Virus record (IMG/VR): IMGVR_UViG_3300039180_001123
Span: 1-44,811 of that record
Source of the DNA: a virus
Lineage: Duplodnaviria > Caudoviricetes
Direction: 5' to 3' (one strand)
Length of the DNA: 44,811 nucleotides
Numbering within the stretch: the first letter of the stretch is position 1; each line of letters begins with the position of its first letter. Below, piece after piece: positions 9,768 to 20,351 of the stretch. The position numbers were made by a program, and so were the translations under genes. The notes below the pieces were generated by a model that saw only the letters and a program-made list of their open reading frames with translations, did not search any database and had not been told where the DNA came from.

Positions 9768-10064
9768 TTAACTCTTACCTAAATAAAATTCATTATCACC
9801 GCTACTATAATAAAATCCTCCAGCTACAGCATCAGGATCAAAGGAAAATCCACCTAATGTCAGTACACCTTGCCCGTTTACGGTTATACTATCGAAGCTA
9901 CCAGATTTTAATAGAAAGAAATCATCAGTATTACCAGATAACTGGATTGAGCCAGTTATTTGAATTCCATCAGATGTTACGGTTGCAATTGAACTTGTAC
10001 CGTGGTATAAATCAAAATTTGCAGATGAACTGATTATTCCGCTTTGTATACTAATTTTTGCCAT
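9768..10064 (-). CDS. Small virion/fibre-associated protein (98 aa; start reassigned to MAKISIQSG)
   Basis: ATG at 10064 directly follows the upstream stop (TAATAATG). Beta-rich, with a C-terminal AVAGGFYYSSGDNEFYLG. Confidence 0.7.
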   Translation of the reverse strand: MAKISIQSGIISSSANFDLYHGTSSIATVTSDGIQITGSIQLSGNTDDFFLLKSGSFDSITVNGQGVLTLGGFSFDPDAVAGGFYYSSGDNEFYLGKS

Positions 10065-10066
10065 TA

Positions 10067-13000
10067 TTACATCTTCCTGATCATACATTTAATTAACGAA
10101 CTACTACCTTCAGATGATTCTAATGCTTGCCCTATTACTTTTCCGAATAGATTCTTCTTGAATAAATAGCCAACATTTACAGATTTTCCGTGTCCTAATT
10201 TATCTGAAGTAACAATATATTCTCCTTCCTTTATAGTACCCGTTACTAATATATGTTCAGCTCCTAGAACAATTGGTTCATCCTTTCCTTCTCTTGTTAC
10301 TCCCATAACAAGTAAATCTTCAGCTTTGTAGCAAGGGATACATTTTCCATTTTTCCAAGTCACAATTGTCCCTGTTGGTAAATCTTTTAATCCTCTTGTC
10401 CGTAACCCTACTTCAAATACACCACCAGTTGTTGTTGATACAGAATATACATCGCGCCATCTTAAAGCTGCTGTCCCTAAATCAGCTGAATTATCTGATG
10501 ATGGACTTATAGTTCCTCCTGTGGTTATATTACCGCTTGAACTTATCTCACCTTGAACTGTTAATCCGATAACTGATGGGTTTGTATTAAGGATACCAAC
10601 TTTTTCCATGAATACAGATTTACCAGATCCATGACCTCCGAAACTTGATGTAGTAAATAATGTATAAGAATTTCCACCTGCTCCAGTGATTGCTCCCCCT
10701 GATCCTCCTAGTTGATTATCTGCATACATAACAGCAGCTTTTCCTTCAGCTCTACCACCACCTAGTGAACCACCATTTCCGTCAACATTACCCACAAACG
10801 TTCCAGATACAGTTGTAGATGTCCCTCTAAGGTGAAGAATGTTAGTACCAGTCCACCCCTTGCCTAACTGGACGTTTGTAGTCTGCCCTATTAACCGACG
10901 AGTATTTCCACTAGTTTCTTGATCCCGGAGTGTAAGGAAGGTTCCGTACATACTTCTATTACCACTCCACTCTTGAGCTCTACCTATATAAAATGAAGAG
11001 GTTGCATTGTGGGTATAACTTTCTGCTGTATTCGGACCCACCATTTCCATATATGCTGCAGCATTATCATCTCCATATTGTGGATACGAAAGTGGTTTAA
11101 TAAATAACCCTGTTTGTAATTCACCATTTGTAGCTTCATTATATGAAGTGTAAGTAATAGTAGCTGCTGAACGGATAACTGATTCGTCCCCGATACCTAC
11201 CTGTTCAGTATCACTATTTGCAAGTGTTTTAGTTATTAATAATGAACCAGACATAATCATACTACCATCAGGATGTATTTCTATTCTCGTTTTAGCTCCT
11301 GATGTTTTACTATCTGCTACTCGGAGTTGCATTTTACCTATTGTTCCGTTTGCATCTGCATCTGTAATTACAGTACGTATTGCAGATACTTCCCCTGCTG
11401 ATCTATCCCCTAATGCACTAGCTTCTGATGAAGCAGCTGATCCAGATGATACCATCCACCTGACTGATCCAATAATGTTACCTACCTGATCAGCTCCTAC
11501 TCCAAACTCTCCAAGCTGTTCTGCAACGTATAATAACTTTGATTGATCTCTCGACCTTAAAGCATTAAACCATGTAACTAAACTACCTCCAAATGTATTA
11601 TCTCTAATGTCCTCTACTTCAGTCTCCTCCATTCCGAGTACTTTTGCAAAAGCTAAAACAGGTACTGCTGATGATCCTCCTGCAGTGTATGATAATATTA
11701 CCTCACTACCAGTTGCTGAAAATGCTGAATCTTTATTAAATGATTCAACGTTCCCTTCATTATTAATTTTTAATCCGATTAAGTTTTCCCTCCGCCTAAA
11801 TACATGTTCATCAGCTGCTACTTCAAACTGTGCAGTTGGATCTGTAGTACCAATTCCTATCTTTCCAGAAGTTGATCCTGAGAAGTAGAACATTGCACTT
11901 TGAGAGCCAGTAATTACAAATGATGTACCGTCATCCCCTTTTAAATTCTGCATCCGTACTGTTGCAGATTGTGTTGCAAAACCTCCTACCGATGAGGTTA
12001 CTGATGAGGTGTAGAACGTTATACTACCGGAGGATATAAATATACCAGGAGACCCTACAAATGCAGCTTGGTTTAATTCCATCCTACCACGTTTACCTTT
12101 ACCACCTCCTTCACTATCCCCTTCTATAGATGGTTTATCTTTTATTATAGTTACATAACTAGAGGTATCAGGGCCACCTGGTGGATCCTTCTTTACCTGT
12201 CGTATTGTACCTCTAACCATTTGACCGGGGTGACTCTCGTTTCTATTTGATTGCCACATCAATACTTCACCATCCCCTAATGGTGGTTGATTCATAGCTA
12301 TAGGACTTTGATTAGCTGCGTTTGATATAGTTACTGCAGGTGTGAATGTTACACCATCAGTACCACCTGTAACAGTGATCTGCTTAGCTATTATTATACC
12401 ACTTGAGCTTATATTACCTGATGCAGTTATATGACCAGATGATATTAAGTTACTTGCACTTATGAATGCACCTGCTCCAGATGATCCACTCACCCAGATG
12501 TTTTTAGAAGCGGTTATACTACCTGATCCGTGAATATGTACTGATTCACCTCCTACAGTAAGTGTTTGTGTTCCTGGATTATATTGAAGAAAACGATTAG
12601 ATTGTAACTGATTAGCTCCTGATAAGTTATCTATAAACGGTACGTAGTGAGCAGCGTTATTTGAAACTGTTGCTGATTCAATTTGCAAATCACCTCCAGC
12701 AGTAGCACCTAGCCCTGTTCCTGCAAATTGACTTGCATCTACAGAAAGTGCTATATTTGCTGCTGCAGCTTGGTTAAGGGTGAAGGGTTGATTTTCACCA
12801 GCCATACCTTTTCCAGGTACAACAGTGATAGTTGTATCTCGGACATCAATTCCATCTAGTTTTGTATGATCAGTATCTGTAAATACATTTGAATCAGATG
12901 CATTCTCTACAGCTGTTCTAATTTCAGCGTCAGTTTGATCATCTTTAGCGTCTGTATCCCCGGAGTATCCTAGATTAGCTAATGTTAATGTTCTTGTTGC

Positions 13001-15751
13001 AACTACTCCATTAGCATCAGTAACATGTCCTGCTGTATCTGTTGTTATATTAATATCTAAATCAGAAATTATAACGGCGCCTGTTAAAGCTGTTGTATCG
13101 ATATCAATATCATCACCATCTTTATCAGTAGGGTGAGTGTATACTGTATCTGGAGAGGTAATAGTCATTATCCATGGAGTGCTTGTTGATCCATCAGATT
13201 CACCGGCTGATGACCAGTTAGTTCCAACTGGACCTGTTGCTGAAATAAACTTAATGTATTTATTTTCCGTAATAGTATTACTATCATCATCATCATCTCT
13301 AATAACAAATCCGTCACCCATATGATCTGCAGGTTCACCTCCTCCTGTACTACCACCGTAACTACCTGTCATGTAAACTCGACCTGAACCGGAATCATAT
13401 ACTAAAACGCCTTGATTTGTAATAGAAGATGCTCGTACGACATGTGATGCACTGAAGAATAATAACCCACTCCCACTTATATTACCTGAAGCTGTTATGT
13501 TACCTGTAAAGTGGTGAGTATCATCAGCTGTGTCACCAAATATGGTGCTACCTTCTTTGAATACTATTGAACTAGAGACAATATTAGTGTGGAATTCATT
13601 TGAAAATATAGTTCCTGATACGAATAATGATCCTGTTACAAATACATTTTTAGATGAAGTAAGTGCAGTTATACCGTTAAACCACGGTGATAAAAAGGTT
13701 GAATTAGGTTGACTTGATAAGAATAGACTTGGATCATTTCCTTCAAATTGAGCATTTTCTACCCTAGATACTACTTTAGCTGAACCGTTCTTATTTTTAT
13801 ATCGTAGCTCAAACATGTACTGATCATTGAACCTAGTTACAGCTGGCATAGGTATTAATGTTCTAATAGTATTTGGCGTAACTCCTGTTTCTATAGGTGT
13901 ACCTGTTGCAGAGTTAACTGTAATGTTAGCAATTGTCCATGTACCTGTACGCACGACCAGTGTAGGTTTAATTACACCACTTAATTTGGTTTTAAATTCA
14001 AAACTATTACCAATGAATTTTTCACCATTAGGGGCAGTTCCAGAATTTATTACACTACCTATGTGCTCACCTAAGCTTGCTTCAGCTTGATTACTACTGT
14101 TAGTTGGACTAACCCCAGATCCAGAAATATATACATCAATTACAGCGTTTGGACTGCTTGAGGCAACAGGGTCAGTATATGCGTCAAACTCAATAAAGTA
14201 ACTTGTATTTGCGGCTAATCTTTTTTGATAAGCTGCTTTTGGGCTAAATGTATGAAAAACTGCTCGATCTTGATTCCATGTAGAGGTGCCACCTGGAACA
14301 GTTAGTTTAACACCATTTAATATATAATCATCATTCTTAGTTGCTACAGGTTGTGCAACTGGATCATCTCCAAAACCACTATATACTCCCCAAGACATTC
14401 CTAGGTCCCAGTATTTAGCAATTACACTTTGATTATCAAATACTCCAAAATCTATGAACTCCTGTGTATTACCTTCACCCGTACTCCTTGCGTCATCAAT
14501 GTTTATGCTTGATGGTTCTATCGGAAATTCTGTTAGCTTGGTTAGTGATCCTTCTACACGATTACTTTTAACATATACCTCTACATCAGTTGCAATACCG
14601 CATAACGGTTTTAAACCGTGTATAGTTATATCTGCATAAGATGTATGTTGCTCAACAGTCTTTGCAACTGATGTCATAGTTGTTGTTTCCGCTGTCGGGT
14701 CAGTATATGATATAGATGCGGATGTCTCATTCCAGTTTAACTGTAATCCTAGTTTTGTATCAAAAAATGTAGCAGGGTAATCTTGTATATCACCTCCAGG
14801 ATTTACAGCTTTAACTATATAAGCAGGTGTTACCTCAGCTTCTGTAGAGTTTATTACTGCACTTATTGTAGCGTAAAACGCAGGAGTGTAGTAGCGACCT
14901 CGCCCTACATTATACCCTTGGGTAAGGCTGTGAATATGATCTAAACCTCCAGAAACATATATGTGACCTCCTACCATACTGGATGAGAATCTTAAATTAC
15001 CAGTGTATACAGTTAGTTTACCTGTTCCTAAAGATTGTGTATCAGGTAATGTTAGTACATTATAGTGCACCTTTCCAGTCTTACTACCAGTAGGATATTG
15101 TGAGTTATATGTTGGTGAATATGAACCTGAAACAGTATATGGCTCACCAGGGGTTCCTGGATTTATACTATACACATCTTCATATGTCTCATATGTCCAT
15201 GGTATCTTAGTTTCAGATATGGAAATTGATGGAGCTTCATCATACTCAATAGTTCCGGATATATCATCGCTTTTTACTTGAAGTACTGATGACCATCGCA
15301 CGTTAAACATATCCTTACACTCATCTGGTAATGGACATCCACATTCATCTACTAATGCTTCACCAACTAAGGTTATAGCTCCTGGACCTGATGGTGTTTC
15401 TTTGTTAATAGCAATACACATCCGTATTGATTGACTACCTTTCTTTTGTGGTAATAATTCATATGAAAGTGGTGTACCGTTTACATCAACTGCTTCAAAT
15501 AAAATTTGAGAATTTACAATAAACCTGTTCCTAGGAGGCGCGAATTCAAATATATTTCCACCTGCTTTTAACTCTGCTGGTTTACTAATTATATTAAAGT
15601 AATATAAACTGTAATCAGATGAATCATTAATACATACGTCTAGATTTAAAAGACCTTTCTTAGTAGGTGCATTATTCAGACGTGATATTACTCCAGGATA
15701 GCTGCTAGCAGCTCCTATTTTTGAATTGTTTTTTCTTACTATATATGTCAT
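10067..15751 (-). CDS. Very large tail fibre or fibre-baseplate junction protein (1894 aa) with a probable C-terminal intramolecular-chaperone-like domain
   Basis: Globular N-terminal ~680 aa, then fibre motifs (HITASGNISSSG, GKIGIGTTDP, PSSDNSADLGTAALRWRDVY). The C-terminal VTGTIKEGEYIVTSDKLGHG...GKVIGQALE resembles peptidase G2/IMC-type fibre termini. Confidence 0.7.
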   Translation of the reverse strand: MTYIVRKNNSKIGAASSYPGVISRLNNAPTKKGLLNLDVCINDSSDYSLYYFNIISKPAELKAGGNIFEFAPPRNRFIVNSQILFEAVDVNGTPLSYELLPQKKGSQSIRMCIAINKETPSGPGAITLVGEALVDECGCPLPDECKDMFNVRWSSVLQVKSDDISGTIEYDEAPSISISETKIPWTYETYEDVYSINPGTPGEPYTVSGSYSPTYNSQYPTGSKTGKVHYNVLTLPDTQSLGTGKLTVYTGNLRFSSSMVGGHIYVSGGLDHIHSLTQGYNVGRGRYYTPAFYATISAVINSTEAEVTPAYIVKAVNPGGDIQDYPATFFDTKLGLQLNWNETSASISYTDPTAETTTMTSVAKTVEQHTSYADITIHGLKPLCGIATDVEVYVKSNRVEGSLTKLTEFPIEPSSINIDDARSTGEGNTQEFIDFGVFDNQSVIAKYWDLGMSWGVYSGFGDDPVAQPVATKNDDYILNGVKLTVPGGTSTWNQDRAVFHTFSPKAAYQKRLAANTSYFIEFDAYTDPVASSSPNAVIDVYISGSGVSPTNSSNQAEASLGEHIGSVINSGTAPNGEKFIGNSFEFKTKLSGVIKPTLVVRTGTWTIANITVNSATGTPIETGVTPNTIRTLIPMPAVTRFNDQYMFELRYKNKNGSAKVVSRVENAQFEGNDPSLFLSSQPNSTFLSPWFNGITALTSSKNVFVTGSLFVSGTIFSNEFHTNIVSSSIVFKEGSTIFGDTADDTHHFTGNITASGNISGSGLLFFSASHVVRASSITNQGVLVYDSGSGRVYMTGSYGGSTGGGEPADHMGDGFVIRDDDDDSNTITENKYIKFISATGPVGTNWSSAGESDGSTSTPWIMTITSPDTVYTHPTDKDGDDIDIDTTALTGAVIISDLDINITTDTAGHVTDANGVVATRTLTLANLGYSGDTDAKDDQTDAEIRTAVENASDSNVFTDTDHTKLDGIDVRDTTITVVPGKGMAGENQPFTLNQAAAANIALSVDASQFAGTGLGATAGGDLQIESATVSNNAAHYVPFIDNLSGANQLQSNRFLQYNPGTQTLTVGGESVHIHGSGSITASKNIWVSGSSGAGAFISASNLISSGHITASGNISSSGIIIAKQITVTGGTDGVTFTPAVTISNAANQSPIAMNQPPLGDGEVLMWQSNRNESHPGQMVRGTIRQVKKDPPGGPDTSSYVTIIKDKPSIEGDSEGGGKGKRGRMELNQAAFVGSPGIFISSGSITFYTSSVTSSVGGFATQSATVRMQNLKGDDGTSFVITGSQSAMFYFSGSTSGKIGIGTTDPTAQFEVAADEHVFRRRENLIGLKINNEGNVESFNKDSAFSATGSEVILSYTAGGSSAVPVLAFAKVLGMEETEVEDIRDNTFGGSLVTWFNALRSRDQSKLLYVAEQLGEFGVGADQVGNIIGSVRWMVSSGSAASSEASALGDRSAGEVSAIRTVITDADANGTIGKMQLRVADSKTSGAKTRIEIHPDGSMIMSGSLLITKTLANSDTEQVGIGDESVIRSAATITYTSYNEATNGELQTGLFIKPLSYPQYGDDNAAAYMEMVGPNTAESYTHNATSSFYIGRAQEWSGNRSMYGTFLTLRDQETSGNTRRLIGQTTNVQLGKGWTGTNILHLRGTSTTVSGTFVGNVDGNGGSLGGGRAEGKAAVMYADNQLGGSGGAITGAGGNSYTLFTTSSFGGHGSGKSVFMEKVGILNTNPSVIGLTVQGEISSSGNITTGGTISPSSDNSADLGTAALRWRDVYSVSTTTGGVFEVGLRTRGLKDLPTGTIVTWKNGKCIPCYKAEDLLVMGVTREGKDEPIVLGAEHILVTGTIKEGEYIVTSDKLGHGKSVNVGYLFKKNLFGKVIGQALESSEGSSSLIKCMIRKM

Positions 15752-15772
15752 TTGCTCTATCTATACCCTCTA

Positions 15773-15782
15773 TATAAATAAG
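15773..15782 (-). promoter_or_regulatory. Putative late promoter motif (TTATTTATA)
   Basis: Recurrent motif in the 43-nt gap, 21 nt upstream of the 1894-aa gene start. Confidence 0.55.
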
Positions 15783-15794
15783 TATGACGAAACT

Positions 15795-18700
15795 TTATTC
15801 GTGAGTTATTTTCGAGAATCCATCCACTTTTGTAATATCAATTAAATTATCTACTACATCTCTCACTGAGTCTAGATGACTTATTATCATAAGTAAGTCA
15901 AATTGAGATTTTAAGAAGGTAAATAGCATAAATAATGAGTTAAGATTATCTGAATCTAGGTTTCCTAAACCTTCATCAATAGCTAGAAAGTTTGGTCTCG
16001 GTAAATTAGATACATTAACTAGCGCTGTTCGTATAGCTAGAGAGGATATAAACTTCTCCATACCAGATGTTAGCTCAAGTGGCCATGTCTTTTCCTCACT
16101 ATAAACAATGTATGTGTTAATATTTTTACCATCTAACTCAAACATAATTTTAAACTCCACTATTTGCGCTAGTATATCATTAACCTCCTCCTCTATAATA
16201 GGTATTACCTGGGTAATTAATTCGTAAGGTACACCATCTCTCTGAACTGCATCAAGATAGTATTCGTACGCTTTAAATTTCTGTTCGAGCTCAGATGCTT
16301 TCTTAATTGAGTGTAGTATACTATTTTTAGTGGATAGTGCAACTTCTATAGCTCCATGGAGAGTCATAAACTCTTCATCTATAATGATCTTTTCATCAAC
16401 AAGCTCATCACTCTTACCACTTAACTCACTAATCTGCTCAGTTGTTTTATTATTATGAATAATAGCTTTTTTGTTTTCATGATATTTTTTCATCTCTAAC
16501 TCAACCACGAGTTGTAGTTGTTGAATTTTATCGCGCTTTTCTTTAGCTTGATAGTATGCAATTCTACCAACATTTCGCTCTCGCTCAATAGTAGATAGTA
16601 AATTATTTACTTTAATAATTTTAGCGTAATCATTCTCGATACCTGTATTATTAGATATATACTGCTCACATTCATTTATCTTCTGTATTACTATATCTGC
16701 TTTTAGTTTATCTTGCTCTAAACTTGTTTTAGTATCATCTTGTATCTTTATAGATGCACTCTCGCGTTCCTTACAGAAATTGCAATTAGGATCAAATGTA
16801 TTATCATTAGCTTCAAGTTTCTCTAATTTATACTTAACATCAACCTTAATACGATCTCGCTCTGCTTTTAACTCTTTAACTACTCCACGATTTTTAGTTA
16901 ATATATTAAAAGTATCTTCAACTTCAGATAAATTATACTGCTGGAGTATGGTAGTAGCTTTTGATATCTTCTCTTTATTTTCAATTGCAGTATTTTCATC
17001 TGACTGTAACCTACTGTTTATAACTTCTATTTGATTGATATAGCTACTGCATTGTAGTTTCATAGAATCGAGATTATCATTAACTGACTCTATCTCTATA
17101 ATTTTAGATTGCAATGCAACTATACGCTTGTCTAATGTACCTATTTTACCAGATAGTGAAGTAGAGGATTTTTTTACCTCAAGCTTTCGCTCTCGCTTAA
17201 TTTCTAATTCTACCTCTGCATCTGCTAGCTGTTGTGTGAAATCTGTCTTTTTAAAATCTTTTAGTAATGCACTAACATCTTTTATTTCATCACTTGCTGC
17301 TCTCCACAGGTCGTCAAATACTTTTATATCTAAAAATTGTGCTAATAAATCCTTTCTCTCTGATTGTGATTTATCTATAAACCCTGTATTATTATTCTGA
17401 AGTGATAGAGATGTTAATATAAAATCCTCGAAGTGACCTACGTGAGAGTTAATATTTTTATTAGTATCATATCTAGCTTCTCCGTTAAGTGATACCTCTG
17501 TACCTTGTTCATCAAGAGTCCAGAAGTTTACTTTTACAGAGTATTTACCTTCTTTCCATCCTTTGAGCCCTTTACTACCATTCCGCTCTATAAAATAGTC
17601 TTGACCATCTATCTTAAAATGAAGCTTACAGTGGAATGTATCCTTCTCACTATTCATAACATCTCTAGCTTGAGATGATCTACTACACTTATCAAAAAGG
17701 CAATATGTTATTGCATCTAGTAATGCACTCTTCCCAGATGCATTAGGAGCAAAGAGACCGTATACACCTTTCATATTAGAAAAATCAACTGAATTGTCTA
17801 CTCCGTAACTAAACATATTACTAAATTCAAAACTTATAGGTTTCCAGGTTTGATTTCTAAATACATCTACCTGAGGTATAGCGCTGTTTAATTCTTTATT
17901 TATTTTTTTAATAGTCTTAATAGTATCGTCTTCTAACGCAAAGTTACGCTCTAAGTAATCAACTATTAATTTATTTTGATAATTAGGATCTCTAACATCA
18001 CCTAAACCAGCATCTTTTGCATTCCTATCACCACTTCGTTGATCAGATAACCTATCTGTTCGTATAATAGCTACATCCTTTAATTTAGATGTCTTACGGA
18101 TTTTAGTTAAGATTTTTTTAAGTTGAGATTCTTCTGTTTTACAAACTTTAATACGTAACCTTGGATATTTAGGCATTAATATTTCATCTAGTATCTTACC
18201 TTCCTCAATCTCCAATGTTACATAAGCATAATCATTTTCTATAATACGATACTCAGGTTTACGTTTTTTTACATCCCATAATATATACCCGTGATTAGTA
18301 GGATGTTCACCCCAATTCTGACATACCAGAGAACCTGCGTACGCAATAGTTTTTGCTTTGTTAAGGTATTGTTGCTTATGTATATCACCGAGCAGGACCA
18401 TGTCGTATCCATTGAATATATCAGAGGTTACTTCTCCTGGTAGCTTAAATCCAACATCAGTAGTTGCATTCTCTACTGAACCGTGATATAGAGCTAACTT
18501 TGTTTTTTCTGTTTTTATATTTTTAGATAGTATATAATCTTCTGGTTGATCAAATACAGACATTACATTAAATACACAATCAGCTATCTCATATGTACCG
18601 TTGTCTTTTAGGTAATAAAAATTATCCAGATTAAGTGAGTCAACTATAGGTGATAGTGCATCTAATCTACTCTTATTGTTTAGATTACAATCATGGTTAC

Positions 18701-18971
18701 CTGCTATAAGAATAGTAGGTGCTATCTTACTTAGCTTAGTAAATAAGTCACTCATCATTTCGATAAGCTCTGGACTCATCTCTGTTTTAGCGTGTGCTAT
18801 ATCTCCTGCTAAGTATATTAAGGAATTCGCTGGTAAGTTATCTTTTAAATCTTTATATAGCTTCCTAAATACCTGCTTGTACTCTTTGTGACGCCTTAAA
18901 TTTCGGATATGTACATCAGCTATATGTGCTATATGCTCTACCTTATCAAACCCTATATCTATTTTATTCAA
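15795..18971 (-). CDS. Mre11/SbcD nuclease-Rad50/SbcC ATPase fusion (T4 gp47-gp46-like), 1058 aa
   Basis: N-terminal metallophosphoesterase motifs HIADVH, AGD, GNHD, YHG and GDIH. These are followed by Walker A APNASGKS, a coiled coil with a central CNFC zinc hook, signature SGMEK, Walker B FLAIDEG and H-loop ISH, all in one frame. Confidence 0.93.
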   Translation of the reverse strand: MNKIDIGFDKVEHIAHIADVHIRNLRRHKEYKQVFRKLYKDLKDNLPANSLIYLAGDIAHAKTEMSPELIEMMSDLFTKLSKIAPTILIAGNHDCNLNNKSRLDALSPIVDSLNLDNFYYLKDNGTYEIADCVFNVMSVFDQPEDYILSKNIKTEKTKLALYHGSVENATTDVGFKLPGEVTSDIFNGYDMVLLGDIHKQQYLNKAKTIAYAGSLVCQNWGEHPTNHGYILWDVKKRKPEYRIIENDYAYVTLEIEEGKILDEILMPKYPRLRIKVCKTEESQLKKILTKIRKTSKLKDVAIIRTDRLSDQRSGDRNAKDAGLGDVRDPNYQNKLIVDYLERNFALEDDTIKTIKKINKELNSAIPQVDVFRNQTWKPISFEFSNMFSYGVDNSVDFSNMKGVYGLFAPNASGKSALLDAITYCLFDKCSRSSQARDVMNSEKDTFHCKLHFKIDGQDYFIERNGSKGLKGWKEGKYSVKVNFWTLDEQGTEVSLNGEARYDTNKNINSHVGHFEDFILTSLSLQNNNTGFIDKSQSERKDLLAQFLDIKVFDDLWRAASDEIKDVSALLKDFKKTDFTQQLADAEVELEIKRERKLEVKKSSTSLSGKIGTLDKRIVALQSKIIEIESVNDNLDSMKLQCSSYINQIEVINSRLQSDENTAIENKEKISKATTILQQYNLSEVEDTFNILTKNRGVVKELKAERDRIKVDVKYKLEKLEANDNTFDPNCNFCKERESASIKIQDDTKTSLEQDKLKADIVIQKINECEQYISNNTGIENDYAKIIKVNNLLSTIERERNVGRIAYYQAKEKRDKIQQLQLVVELEMKKYHENKKAIIHNNKTTEQISELSGKSDELVDEKIIIDEEFMTLHGAIEVALSTKNSILHSIKKASELEQKFKAYEYYLDAVQRDGVPYELITQVIPIIEEEVNDILAQIVEFKIMFELDGKNINTYIVYSEEKTWPLELTSGMEKFISSLAIRTALVNVSNLPRPNFLAIDEGLGNLDSDNLNSLFMLFTFLKSQFDLLMIISHLDSVRDVVDNLIDITKVDGFSKITHE

Positions 18972-19888
18972 ATCATTTTCTCCTGTATCTTCATCTCCAT
19001 TAACTGATATGCAGTTAATTGTGCACTATCCTGTATTAATGTTGTTATCTTAGAGAACCCTAAATCACTCGGATCCTCTTCTTCTAAATCAATTAATGTT
19101 ACGGTTACTCCATTATTAATAAAGTACTCACAACTTTGAAGAGCTTTTGCTCTTGCATCTTTATCTAAGGCTATATTAATATGTGTAACGTTATTATGTA
19201 CTACTGCTTTTTTAAGTTTCTCTAAAACTATCTTTCCAAATAACGGTATTGCATTACGCTTTACTGCTAATGCATCGAATACCCCTTCTACAATTGTTAT
19301 TGGATACTTCCAATCTATATATAATCCAAAACCTATTATATCTTTAGATACTTTAGGATTCTTATGCTTAAATGTTGCATCACCGTAATACGATCTACCA
19401 GTAAAGAAGTTTAATATACCGTCTTCATCATAACTCGGAATTATTAACATCTTACTATATGGACCAGATTCGCAAAATCCTATATTATACCTCAATATAT
19501 CTTCACGAGATATACCGCGTTTTTTTAAATAACTAAATGCATTCCAGAATTCTGGATTACTGCTCTCTACATGTAGGAATGATTTGAACTCAGCTGGTAG
19601 TGATAAGTCATCGTATGATTTTTTTGATGTTACTACGGGAGTGTAACCAGTATACTGAGTTAACTTTTCAAAGTGCATTTGCGAAGCTTTTAGCTTCTTG
19701 AATAAGTGATAAATGCTTCGTCCCTTCACTCCGCAAACCCAACATTGCCACATCTGTGTACGTAAATTAACTTGCAATTTCTTCTTTGAATGGTGACAGA
19801 ATACACAATTAAATGCTATTTCATCATTTTGAAGAGCTCGACCCCTATTAAGTAAGGACTCAAGTAATGTTTGAAGTTTTTTAAGCAT
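18968..19888 (-). CDS. dnaG: DNA primase (zinc-binding domain plus TOPRIM); start reassigned to ATG 19888
   Basis: Zinc motif CVFC...CWVC, YLKKRGI, GRSY, TOPRIM EGVFD and DKD. The longer ORF-track start runs through the promoter motif. Confidence 0.88.
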   Translation of the reverse strand: MLKKLQTLLESLLNRGRALQNDEIAFNCVFCHHSKKKLQVNLRTQMWQCWVCGVKGRSIYHLFKKLKASQMHFEKLTQYTGYTPVVTSKKSYDDLSLPAEFKSFLHVESSNPEFWNAFSYLKKRGISREDILRYNIGFCESGPYSKMLIIPSYDEDGILNFFTGRSYYGDATFKHKNPKVSKDIIGFGLYIDWKYPITIVEGVFDALAVKRNAIPLFGKIVLEKLKKAVVHNNVTHINIALDKDARAKALQSCEYFINNGVTVTLIDLEEEDPSDLGFSKITTLIQDSAQLTAYQLMEMKIQEKMI

Positions 19889-19893
19889 ATAAC

Positions 19894-19923
19894 AATATAC
19901 GAAAACTTTTGTTAATAACAAAC
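19894..19923 (-). promoter_or_regulatory. Putative early/middle promoter GTTTG-N19-TATATT (TTTTCGTATATT core)
   Basis: The same architecture recurs at 40718-40747, 41267-41296, 43136-43165 and, as a variant, 42865-42894. Confidence 0.7.
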
Positions 19924-19929
19924 AGTATA

Positions 19930-20340
19930 CTAAGTTTTCTCAGTATACCAGGATGTTGGAATTGATTTGTCAGCCCATTTGATATTATGTTTATTACAAA
20001 AGTCCGCGTATGTCGTTTTACTACCTTTTCTAATCTTTCCTTTAGAGTTTTGGAATACTAATCTAATATCTAGCTCTGGATGTTGCGTTTGTATGAGTAG
20101 ATGCTTTTTACGATCCTCTAATACCCACCGACCTTTAGTCTCTACTAGTATACCATTTGGTAATGTGAAATCAATTGTATAAGTGTGAGTAGTTTCTGGT
20201 TTGATATAAGGGATTACTGTTACCTCATACTCGAATTTAACTCTAGCTTCAGTAAGTTCACCTGATACTTTGTGTTCGAATCCGCTCCGATAACCATGCT
20301 TGATAGCATTTGCTCTTGCTTTTGAAATTTTTCTCGCCAT
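19930..20340 (-). CDS. T7 endonuclease I-like Holliday junction resolvase
   Basis: YRSGFE, YTIDFTLPNGILVETKGRW, DRKKHLLI..QHPELDIRLVFQNS and KGSKTTYADFC match the T7 gp3 family pattern. Confidence 0.92.
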   Translation of the reverse strand: MARKISKARANAIKHGYRSGFEHKVSGELTEARVKFEYEVTVIPYIKPETTHTYTIDFTLPNGILVETKGRWVLEDRKKHLLIQTQHPELDIRLVFQNSKGKIRKGSKTTYADFCNKHNIKWADKSIPTSWYTEKT

Positions 20341-20351
20341 AACTTATTGTA

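Noticed and set aside
13168-13356. 62-aa minus-strand ORF nested in the 1894-aa gene
   Set aside because: Out-of-frame overlap with no start signal or motif; a chance ORF.
19889-19921. ORF-track N-terminal extension of the primase (similar extensions at 10065-10088 and 44255-44290)
   Set aside because: The extensions run through a promoter or overlap the upstream gene. The downstream ATGs fit coupling, promoter spacing or the signal peptide better.
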